15,765 bases of DNA, from positions 1 through 15,765 of the forward strand of contig JBDZWC010000070.1 in the NCBI GenBank assembly GCA_040256005.1, written 5' to 3'. Origin of the DNA: Deinococcaceae bacterium (GTDB lineage Bacteria > Deinococcota > Deinococci > Deinococcales > Trueperaceae). The notes under the pieces are model-generated. The model was not told the DNA's origin. It made no database searches and saw only the letters and a program-made list of their open reading frames with translations. The stretch's first letter is position 1; each line of letters starts with the position of its first letter. This document shows, in pieces, positions 1-7,349 of this stretch. A program made the position numbers and the translations under genes.

Positions 1-1
1 G

Positions 2-1336
2 TGGCTCCTCCGCGCCGCCGTGGCCCTACCCCTCGTCGCCGCCTTGGCCGGCTTCGCCAGTCACCAGCTGCACCCGGCCACCTTCCCGGCTCCGCCGCAG
101 GAGCCGGTGCCGAGGGGCGCGATCCTCGCCTCCGACGGGCAGCCGCTGGCGACAGGCCCCGCCTCCGCTCGCAGCTACCCGCTGCGGGAGGCCGGCGCGG
201 CCCTCGTGGGCTTCACGGGCGCGGTCCAGCCCGACGGCCGCTACGGCCTCGAGGGGCTCGAGTACTCGCTCGACCCGGTCCTCACGGCGGGCCAGGACGT
301 CGTCCTCACCATCGACTCCACCATCCAGGCGGCCGCGGACCGCCACCTGCGCGAGGCAGCCGTCCAGTACGGCGCGGAGTCGGGCGCCGCCGTCGTCCTC
401 GAGGCGGGCACCGGCCGGATACTCGCCGCGGCCAGCTACCCGCCCTACGACCCGAACGCCTGGGAGGAGGCCGGCCGTCGCCAGATGACGAACCAGGCCT
501 TCATCGAGAACTACGAGCCGGGTTCGGTGATCAAGCCGATCGTCATCGCCGGCCTGCTCGAGAGCGGACTGCTCAGGCCCGACGAGATGGTGGAGACACC
601 GCCGACGATCAGGGTCGGCGAGCAGACCTTCCGCGACGTCACCTGGCACGAGGATCATCTGAGCGTGCCCGACGTGCTCGCCTACTCGAGCAACTCGGGC
701 ATGATCAACCTGAGCCAACGCTTCGAGGACGCGGAGCTTCACGAGTGGTTGATGCGCTTCGGCATCGGCCAGGACGTGCCCGTGCCCGGCACCTACACCG
801 AGAGCGGCCATCTGAACCCGTGGTGGCGCTGGGTGCCCCAGGACCACGCGTCCAACACGATCGGCCAGAACCACTCGACGACGGCGCTCCAGCTTGCCGC
901 CGCCTACTCGATCTTCGCGAACGACGGCATCTACGTGCCGCCACGCCTTGTCGAGGGGCAGCCGGCGGCGGAACCGCACCGTGTCCTGTCCCCCGAGGTC
1001 GCGCACACCATGCGCTGGATGCTCAACCACGTCACCGAGGCCAGCGGCCTGCGGGTGGCGCGGGTGCCGGGTGTGAGCGTGGCGGCCAAGACGGGCACTG
1101 CCGACGTCTACGACAACGAGCTCGGACGCTACGTGCCCGGCGACTACAACCTCAGCGTCGCCGGCATGCTCCCAGCCGAGGACCCCCGCGTCATCGCGGT
1201 CGTGATGCTGCACAAGCCGGCCGAGGGCGCGACGAGCACGATCGCGACCGGCACCCTGTTCGGCGAGCTGGCCACGGACATCGTCGCGGCTTGGGGCGAG
1301 GTGCCCCGCACCGAAGCGCTGGCTTCCGCACGCTGA
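2..1336 (+). CDS. ftsI: Class B penicillin-binding protein / septal transpeptidase FtsI (5' end probably outside the window)
   Basis: The frame is open from position 2 (WLLRAAVALPLVAALAGF, hydrophobic anchor); GTG at 20 is an alternative start. Motifs: RGAILASDG, RSYP..LVG..GLE, SxxK (EPGSVIK), SxN (YSSNSG), KTG (AKTGTA). First gene seen in the dcw run. Confidence 0.9.
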   Translation, partial: WLLRAAVALPLVAALAGFASHQLHPATFPAPPQEPVPRGAILASDGQPLATGPASARSYPLREAGAALVGFTGAVQPDGRYGLEGLEYSLDPVLTAGQDVVLTIDSTIQAAADRHLREAAVQYGAESGAAVVLEAGTGRILAAASYPPYDPNAWEEAGRRQMTNQAFIENYEPGSVIKPIVIAGLLESGLLRPDEMVETPPTIRVGEQTFRDVTWHEDHLSVPDVLAYSSNSGMINLSQRFEDAELHEWLMRFGIGQDVPVPGTYTESGHLNPWWRWVPQDHASNTIGQNHSTTALQLAAAYSIFANDGIYVPPRLVEGQPAAEPHRVLSPEVAHTMRWMLNHVTEASGLRVARVPGVSVAAKTGTADVYDNELGRYVPGDYNLSVAGMLPAEDPRVIAVVMLHKPAEGATSTIATGTLFGELATDIVAAWGEVPRTEALASAR

Positions 1337-1390
1337 CGCGCGACCGCGCCGAAGGGGGCCGAGGGGGCGAGCGGACTGCCGATGCACATA

Positions 1391-1421
1391 TTGCACACGT
1401 TGTGTAACGTGTGGATAGGAT
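1391..1421 (+). promoter_or_regulatory. Probable internal promoter of murF with an overlapping inverted repeat
   Basis: AT-richer patch in a GC-rich background. TTGCAC at 1391-1396, TAGGAT (TAnnnT) at 1416-1421 lying 7 nt before in-frame GTG 1429, and palindrome CACACGTT-gtgt-AACGTGTG at 1394-1413. The -35/-10 spacing of 19 nt is long. Confidence 0.55.
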
Positions 1422-1428
1422 GGGACGC

Positions 1429-2883
1429 GTGGGGACACAGGTAGAAGCCGGCACGGGAACGCCGCTGCGAGCGCACGACCTGCTGGACCCCCACGCCATC
1501 GCCGGTCTGCTCGGCGGCAGCCTGCCAGACCCGCGACCGAGGGCCGGCACAGGCGTCGCCTACGACGCGCGGAAGGTGCGTCCTGGTGACGTCTTCTTCG
1601 CCTGGCAGGGTTCCGCGCGGCACGGCATCGAACTCGCCGAGGAGGTGCTCGCCAAGGGCGCCGCCTTCATCGTCTCCGATCGTCCGCACCCGCGGGCCGT
1701 GCACGTGCGGGACACATGGGACGCCATGCGTCGCCTGGCCCTGGCAGCGCGCGAGCTGGTGGCCGCGCCCGTCATCGGCGTGACAGGCTCGGCCGGCAAG
1801 ACGACCGTGAAGACGCTGCTAACCGCCGCCTTAGCCGGTCGTTCCACCCCCGGGAACCTCAACACCGTCCCTCCCCTGTTGGCTGCGTTCGTGTCGGCGG
1901 CACGGACCGACGCCGGCCTCCAGGCTCCGTCTGGCGACGTCGTGGGCAACGACGCGCCGGGTGCACCGCTGGTGATCGAGCTAGGCGTCGACCACCCCGG
2001 CGAGATGGCGCAGTTGACCGGGTTCACGAGGCCGGACCACGGCGTGATAACGACGATCGGGGAGTCCCACCTGAGCCAGCTCGGCGATGTCGCCGCCGTG
2101 GCCCGCGAGAAGGCGCTGCTCCTGTCGACGGCGACCGGCGTCAGGGTCACCACGGCCGGCGCCGCGGCGCGCCTGCCGGCGGACGTGCTCGCCCGTACTC
2201 ACGTCACCCACCTCATCGGCGCGGAGCCCATCACGGGTCTGCCCGGCGTGCCCGCGGGCGAGGTGACCGGCCAGCTCGAGGGCACCACCCTGCGCAGCCT
2301 GGGAGCCAGGTTCGAGCTCCCCTGGCCCGGCCGCGCCATGGCGGAGAACGCTCTGCTGGTCCTGGTTACCGCGTGGCTGCTGGGTGTGGACCCGCGCACG
2401 GCGTTCGAACGCATGGACAACGCTCCACTGGAGAAGGGCCGGCTCAGGTTCACGCAGCTGGGGCACGTCACGCTGATAGACGACAGCTACAACTCCAACC
2501 CGCTCTCGGCGGCGCTGGCGCTCGAGGTGCTCCGCGAACGTCCGGGGCCGCGCGTCGCGTTCCTCGGCGACATGCGGGAGCTGGGCGAGGTGAGCCGCGC
2601 ACGCCACCTGGAACTGGGCGAGGCCACGAAGGACCTCGACCTCGTGGTAGCGATCGGCGAGGAGGCCGCGGCGATCGCCTCAGCGAACCCAGCCGCGCGC
2701 CACGTGCCCACCTGGCGCGAGGCCGCCGACCTCGTCGACCTGGTCCCGCGCACCGGCACGGTACTGGTGAAGGGCTCACGGTCGCTGGAGCTCGAGAACC
2801 TCGTGGCCGCGCTCGAGAGAGCCCTGGCCCCGGCAACCGGTCCCGCCGACGTGAACTCGACAGCGGCTGGTGAGCCGCGATGA
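1429..2883 (+). CDS. murF: UDP-N-acetylmuramoyl-tripeptide--D-alanyl-D-alanine ligase MurF
   Basis: P-loop GVTGSAGKTT, GNLNT, VIELGVDHPGEM, DDSYNSNP, FLGDMRELG, LVKGSRS. Start uncertain (GTG 1411, ATG 1420 or GTG 1429); 1429 chosen because of the -10-like motif 7 nt upstream. Confidence 0.93.
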   Translation: MGTQVEAGTGTPLRAHDLLDPHAIAGLLGGSLPDPRPRAGTGVAYDARKVRPGDVFFAWQGSARHGIELAEEVLAKGAAFIVSDRPHPRAVHVRDTWDAMRRLALAARELVAAPVIGVTGSAGKTTVKTLLTAALAGRSTPGNLNTVPPLLAAFVSAARTDAGLQAPSGDVVGNDAPGAPLVIELGVDHPGEMAQLTGFTRPDHGVITTIGESHLSQLGDVAAVAREKALLLSTATGVRVTTAGAAARLPADVLARTHVTHLIGAEPITGLPGVPAGEVTGQLEGTTLRSLGARFELPWPGRAMAENALLVLVTAWLLGVDPRTAFERMDNAPLEKGRLRFTQLGHVTLIDDSYNSNPLSAALALEVLRERPGPRVAFLGDMRELGEVSRARHLELGEATKDLDLVVAIGEEAAAIASANPAARHVPTWREAADLVDLVPRTGTVLVKGSRSLELENLVAALERALAPATGPADVNSTAAGEPR

Positions 2884-3806
2884 TCGTCGTCGTCGCGGTC
2901 GCCGTCGGCATGGTGCTCACCGGCGCCTTCGTGAAGCTGGCCACCACCTACGGCTGGGGCAAGCCGGTGCGCGGCTCCGGTCCTCAGAGCCACCTCGCGA
3001 AGGCGGGCACCCCGACGATGGGCGGCGTCTCGTTCCTGTTGGCGGCCTCTGCCGTCGCCCTCCTCATGGCCGGTGCGCGCGTCGAGACGCTGGCCCTGGT
3101 GGCCCTGACCCTCGCCGCCGCTGCCATCGGCCTGTACGACGATCTGATCTCCCTGGCCCGCAAACGGCGGCGACTGGAGGGGATCGAGGAAGACGTCGAC
3201 GAGTCCACGGGCCTGCTCGCTCGCTATCGTTTGCTGGGCCACTTCGTCATCGGTCTCGCCTTCGCCTGGTGGGCGGTCTCTGACGGCTTCCGTGTCACCG
3301 ACCTCGCCTGGCTCGACGTCGTGCTGTACGCCTTCGCCATCGCCGGCAGCATCAACGGTTTCAACTTCACCGACGGGCTCGACGGGCTCGCGGCCGGGGT
3401 GACGGCCATCGTCCTGCTGTTCTTCCTCGGGTCGCCGTTCGCTGCGGCGCTGCTCGGGGCTCTGCTGGCGTTCCTCTGGTACAACGGCCACCCCGCTCGC
3501 GTCTTCATGGGCGGCGTGGGGTCCGAGGCGTTGGGCGCGGCGGTGGCCGGCCTGGCGATCCTCGACGGCACGGTCCTGCTCCTGCCCCTTGTCGCGCTCA
3601 TCCCCGTACTCGAGGTCGTCACCGTCATCCTGCAGGTCGCCTACTTCAAGGCTACGGGCGGCAAGCGGCTGTTCCGCATGACGCCCATCCACCACCACTT
3701 CGAGCTCGCGGGGCTCAGCGAGCTGCAGGTGACCATGCGCTTCTGGATCGTCACCGCCGTCGGCGTGGCCGCGGCGTCGGCGCTGGCGGGCAGGGCGCCG
3801 TGGTGA
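2880..3806 (+). CDS. mraY: Phospho-N-acetylmuramoyl-pentapeptide transferase MraY
   Basis: Polytopic membrane protein with KAGTPTMGG, IGLYDD, NFTDGLDGLA, FLWYN.HPARVFMG, LEV..VILQV and PIHHHFE. ATGA overlap with the murF stop. Confidence 0.96.
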   Translation: MIVVVAVAVGMVLTGAFVKLATTYGWGKPVRGSGPQSHLAKAGTPTMGGVSFLLAASAVALLMAGARVETLALVALTLAAAAIGLYDDLISLARKRRRLEGIEEDVDESTGLLARYRLLGHFVIGLAFAWWAVSDGFRVTDLAWLDVVLYAFAIAGSINGFNFTDGLDGLAAGVTAIVLLFFLGSPFAAALLGALLAFLWYNGHPARVFMGGVGSEALGAAVAGLAILDGTVLLLPLVALIPVLEVVTVILQVAYFKATGGKRLFRMTPIHHHFELAGLSELQVTMRFWIVTAVGVAAASALAGRAPW

Positions 3807-5173
3807 ACCAGACAGACCTGTTCGTCTATGGCTTGGGCCGCAGCGGCAGCGCCGTCGTGAGGAGGGCCAGGGCCGAGGGTATGGCAGTGGCCTTCTACGA
3901 CGCGCGTGCCGAGGGTCAGGACGTCGACGAGGCGCTCGCGTCCGGAGCGACCAGGGTTACCAGCGTCGAGGAGGTCGACACCGCCAGGTTCACCACCTGC
4001 GTCGCGGCTCCAGGCGTGAGGGTGGACCACCCCGACCTACAGCTCCTGCGGGAGCGAGGCGTTCACGTCACAGGCGAGGTCGAGTGGATCTGGAGCCGCG
4101 TCGGCGGCCGCTACGTTGGCATCACGGGAACCGCCGGGAAGGGCTCCACGACGCTGTGGCTCCAGGACCTCCTGAGCCGCTGCGGGGTGGACGCCGTCGC
4201 CGGCGGGAACAACGACCCGGCGCTGGCGGCGGTAGCGCGCGAGGGCGCTACCCACGTCGTCGAGCTCTCGTCGTTCCAGCTCGAGCGGTGCCACGCGTTC
4301 CGACCCGACGTCGCCGTCGTCCTGAACCTCGGCGAGGACCACATCGACAGGCACGGCAGCGTGGCCGCCTACCACGCGGCCAAGTACAAGCTCCTGGCGA
4401 ACCTCAAGCCCGAGGACACCCTCGTCTACAACAGCGACGACGCTACGGTCGCGGCTTGGGCGCGGGCTTGCCCCGCCGTTCTGCTCCCGTACTCGACGCG
4501 AGACGAGAGCTGCGAACTGTTCTACGACGCCGCGGCCGAGACGCTACGCCTCGTGGGCGGCGACGTCGTCGACGCCGGGGCACTAGGCGTGCAGGGCGCG
4601 CATCAGCGGGCGAACGCGCTCGCGGTGGCAGGAGCGGCTCACGCGCTCGGGCTCGCACCCAGGCAGATCGCCGCCGGCATCACGTCGTTCGGCGGCCTGC
4701 CGTCGCGTTACGAGCTAGTGGCCAGGCTGGGCGACGTAGCTTTCGTCGACGACTCCATAGCCACCCGGCCGTTGGCCGTAGCTGCCGCCCTCGCCTCCAC
4801 CACGGGCCCCTGCGTGTGGCTCGCGGGCGGGCAGGCCAAGGGTGCCGACGTAGCGGGCCTGAGGGAGGTCGTGACGGACCACGTCGACCTGCTGGTCGCG
4901 TACGGGGACGCCGGCCCGCTGTTCGCCGCCCAGTTCGCCGGCTGTACGCGCGTGATCGAGTGCCGCCAGGCGGACGGGCGCGAGGCGCTCGCCTGCGCGG
5001 TGGCGCAAGCCGTCGCGTTCCTGGAGACGGAGCGGGGCGGCAAGGGGACGGTGCTGCTCTCGCCGCTCGCTGCCTCGTTCGACCAGTTCGACGACTACAA
5101 GCACAGGGCGAAGGTGTTCCGCGAGGTGGCCGCCCGGCTGGCCTCGAGCAAGAGCCTGGGGGTAGGAGCCTGA
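3803..5173 (+). CDS. murD: UDP-N-acetylmuramoyl-L-alanine--D-glutamate ligase MurD
   Basis: GLGRSG, APGV, GITGTAGKGSTT, VELSSFQLE, LNLGEDHIDRH, LLSPLAASFDQF. GTGA overlap with the mraY stop; GTG 3800 is an alternative start. Confidence 0.95.
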   Translation: MNQTDLFVYGLGRSGSAVVRRARAEGMAVAFYDARAEGQDVDEALASGATRVTSVEEVDTARFTTCVAAPGVRVDHPDLQLLRERGVHVTGEVEWIWSRVGGRYVGITGTAGKGSTTLWLQDLLSRCGVDAVAGGNNDPALAAVAREGATHVVELSSFQLERCHAFRPDVAVVLNLGEDHIDRHGSVAAYHAAKYKLLANLKPEDTLVYNSDDATVAAWARACPAVLLPYSTRDESCELFYDAAAETLRLVGGDVVDAGALGVQGAHQRANALAVAGAAHALGLAPRQIAAGITSFGGLPSRYELVARLGDVAFVDDSIATRPLAVAAALASTTGPCVWLAGGQAKGADVAGLREVVTDHVDLLVAYGDAGPLFAAQFAGCTRVIECRQADGREALACAVAQAVAFLETERGGKGTVLLSPLAASFDQFDDYKHRAKVFREVAARLASSKSLGVGA

Positions 5174-6255
5174 TGGACCGCACCGTGCTCTTCGTGCAGC
5201 TGGCTCTCGGGGCCCTCGGCATCGTCGGCGTGGCCGGCAGGGAGCCCGGTGATGCCTTCGAGCACGGCACGCGCGTGCTCCTCGCGCTCCTGCTGACCGT
5301 CGTCATCTCGCGCCTCTCACCCAAGGTCGTGACCAAGCTCAGCCCCTGGCTGTTCGTCGGCGTGTTCGGGCTGCTCGTGGCGGTGCTGTTCGTGGGGGTC
5401 TCCCCGGAGGGGTCCGAGAGCAAGCGCTGGCTCGACCTGGGCGGCTTCACGCTGCAGCCGTCGGAGTTCATGAAGATCGCCGTCATCGCGTACCTGACGG
5501 CGTTCTTCCACAACCACCTGGGCGACTGGCACATCTGGCGGCCGATGCTGGTGATCGGCCTCGCCGTGGCGGCGATCGTGGCCCAGCCGAACCTCTCCAC
5601 CGGCCTGTTCATCTTCGTGCTCGCCTTCGGCCTGATGGTCATCGCCGGCATCTCCACCGCCAGGTTGGTCTCGATCTCGGCGGCGGCCGCCGTCATCGGC
5701 CTGCTGGTGGGCGGCTCGTACCTGAGCGAGTTCAGCTACATGAAGGACAGGCTCATCGGTTACGCCGACCTGTGGGGCGAGCAGCAGCTGTCCGAGGACA
5801 CCTCCTACCAGGCCCTCGCCGCCAGGCAGGCGATGGTGCTGGGCGGGCTCACCGGTATCGGGCCCGGGCGGCAGGTAGCCGTGCCCGAGGCCGAGACCGA
5901 CTTCGTGGCTGTGTCCATCGCCCAGTCGCTGGGTCTCGTCGGCGTCGCCTCGCTCATCACCCTCTACCTGCTGCTGGGCGCGCGCGCCATCGCGATCGGG
6001 CGCAGCGTTACCGGACCGGCCGCGCTGCTTGCCGGCGGCGCTGCTGCCTATATTTGCGGCCAGGCGGCGATCAACCTGCTGGTGGCCTCGGGCCTCTTCC
6101 CGGTCACGGGCATGCCCCTGCCCGGGGTGAGCTACGGCTTCAACAGCCTGCTGTCCGTGGGGATCGCGTTCGGTTTCGTACACATCGCACACCGGCAGGC
6201 CGTGCGCGAGGAGGCTCCCAGCCGGCAGCCCACGCTGATCGAGGTGGCGCGGTGA
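5173..6255 (+). CDS. ftsW: SEDS-family peptidoglycan glycosyltransferase FtsW
   Basis: ATG 5173 overlaps the murD stop (TGATG), with AGGAG at 5164-5168. Motifs RWLDLGGFTLQPSEFMK, PEAETDF, PVTGMPLPGVSYG; many hydrophobic segments; lies between murD and murG. Confidence 0.93.
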   Translation: MDRTVLFVQLALGALGIVGVAGREPGDAFEHGTRVLLALLLTVVISRLSPKVVTKLSPWLFVGVFGLLVAVLFVGVSPEGSESKRWLDLGGFTLQPSEFMKIAVIAYLTAFFHNHLGDWHIWRPMLVIGLAVAAIVAQPNLSTGLFIFVLAFGLMVIAGISTARLVSISAAAAVIGLLVGGSYLSEFSYMKDRLIGYADLWGEQQLSEDTSYQALAARQAMVLGGLTGIGPGRQVAVPEAETDFVAVSIAQSLGLVGVASLITLYLLLGARAIAIGRSVTGPAALLAGGAAAYICGQAAINLLVASGLFPVTGMPLPGVSYGFNSLLSVGIAFGFVHIAHRQAVREEAPSRQPTLIEVAR

Positions 6256-7349
6256 TGGCGCGGGTGGCCGGCGAACCGCGGTCACGCGCCGCCAGGGTGG
6301 ACCTGCTGTTGGCCACGGGCGGTTCCGGCGGTCATGCCTTCCCCGCCCTGGCCGTGGCGCAGGAGGCGCTGGCCGAGGGCAGGTCTGTCGTCGTGCTGGG
6401 CGCCCGGGGCGGCATGGAGGAGCGCTTCATGCAGGAAGCCGGTGTGCCGTTCGTGGGCGTCAGGGCCGGCAAGTGGCACCGGGGCAGGCCCGGCCTCGGG
6501 CAGGCGGCCAGAGCCGCCCTGGGCGTCCTGGACGCGCTGGCCGCGCTCAGGCGGCTCAAGCCAGGCGTCGTCGTCGGGTTCGGTGGGTTCGCGTCGTTCC
6601 CCGGCGCGGCCGCGGCCGCGATCCTGGGCGTGCCGCTGGTGCTGCACGAGGGCAACGCCTACCCCAGCCAGGTCAACCGCTGGCTGTCGCGGCGGGCTCG
6701 ACTCGTCGTGTCGGCCCAGGAGGAGGCGCTGAAGCACCTCGCGGGTGTCAGGCGGTCGCTGGTGCTGCCCTTCCCGGTCAGGGAGGTGCGGGTCGAGAGA
6801 GCCGCCGCCCGCCGGGCGCTGGGGCTGCCGCAGGACGCCGTGGTGACGCTGGTGATGGGGGGCTCGCAGGGCTCGGCCGCGCTGAACCGCGAGGCGCCCG
6901 CCGCCTATTCCCGACTCGGCACCCACGACGGTAATCACCACGTGCTGCACTCGTCCGGGCGCGGTAGGGCAGCCGAGGTGAACGCACCCGGCCCGAGCTA
7001 CCACGTGCACGAGTTCCTCGACGCCGCCCTGGCCTGGTCAGCCGCGGACCTGGCCATCACCCGCGCCGGCGTGGGAACGCTGTCGGAGGCAGCGTTCCAC
7101 GGCGTCCCCGCGGTGATGGTGCCGCTGCCGACCAGCGCGGAGGACCACCAGCTACACAACGCGCTGGCCGTGCAGGCTGCCGGAGCCGGGATCGTGGTCG
7201 AGGAGAAGGAGATCGGCGAGGGTCTGGAGGCCGCGTGGCGCTCGCTCCTGGAAGCGGGCGTCCGCGACGCCGCCTCGCGTGCCGCGGCGGCCCGCACGCC
7301 GGTGGGAGCGGCGCGTCGTATCTTGTCCGCCGTCTTGGAGCAGCCGTGA
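6255..7349 (+). CDS. murG: Undecaprenyldiphospho-muramoylpentapeptide beta-N-acetylglucosaminyltransferase MurG
   Basis: GGSGGH..PALA, GFGGFAS, LHEGN, MGGSQGS, RAG..TLSE, DHQ..NA. TGATG overlap with ftsW; GAGGTG at 6241-6246. Confidence 0.95.
   Translation: MARVAGEPRSRAARVDLLLATGGSGGHAFPALAVAQEALAEGRSVVVLGARGGMEERFMQEAGVPFVGVRAGKWHRGRPGLGQAARAALGVLDALAALRRLKPGVVVGFGGFASFPGAAAAAILGVPLVLHEGNAYPSQVNRWLSRRARLVVSAQEEALKHLAGVRRSLVLPFPVREVRVERAAARRALGLPQDAVVTLVMGGSQGSAALNREAPAAYSRLGTHDGNHHVLHSSGRGRAAEVNAPGPSYHVHEFLDAALAWSAADLAITRAGVGTLSEAAFHGVPAVMVPLPTSAEDHQLHNALAVQAAGAGIVVEEKEIGEGLEAAWRSLLEAGVRDAASRAAAARTPVGAARRILSAVLEQP

Noticed and set aside
1349..1371. Short direct repeat CCGA(A)GGGGGC after ftsI
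   Set aside because: Two imperfect copies of about 10 nt with no spacer structure; not CRISPR- or REP-like on this evidence.
1397..1410. ACGTT-N4-AACGT as a Deinococcus RDRM (DdrO) site
   Set aside because: As I recall the 17-bp RDRM consensus, the spacing here is one base too long and the TT/AA ends are missing. I kept it only as an unassigned palindrome.
1411..1434. TGG(A/G) repeated at 1412, 1421 and 1430 as possible MraZ boxes
   Set aside because: The period is 9 nt rather than the roughly 10 nt of known MraZ direct repeats, the matches are short, and MraZ sites normally lie before mraZ.
4084..5172. Apparent 723-aa FtsW with a long N-terminal extension; similar extensions for murG (5772), murC (7235) and ribF (13027)
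   Set aside because: The extensions are off-frame readings of the upstream gene. Better starts lie at the stop/start overlaps with ribosome-binding sites (ftsW, murG, murC) or at ATG 13243 (ribF), so there is no evidence of fusion or frameshifting.
5584..5604. FtsW QPNLSTG instead of QPDLGT
   Set aside because: QPN variants occur in other SEDS proteins, and the catalytic Asp in the ETDF motif is retained.
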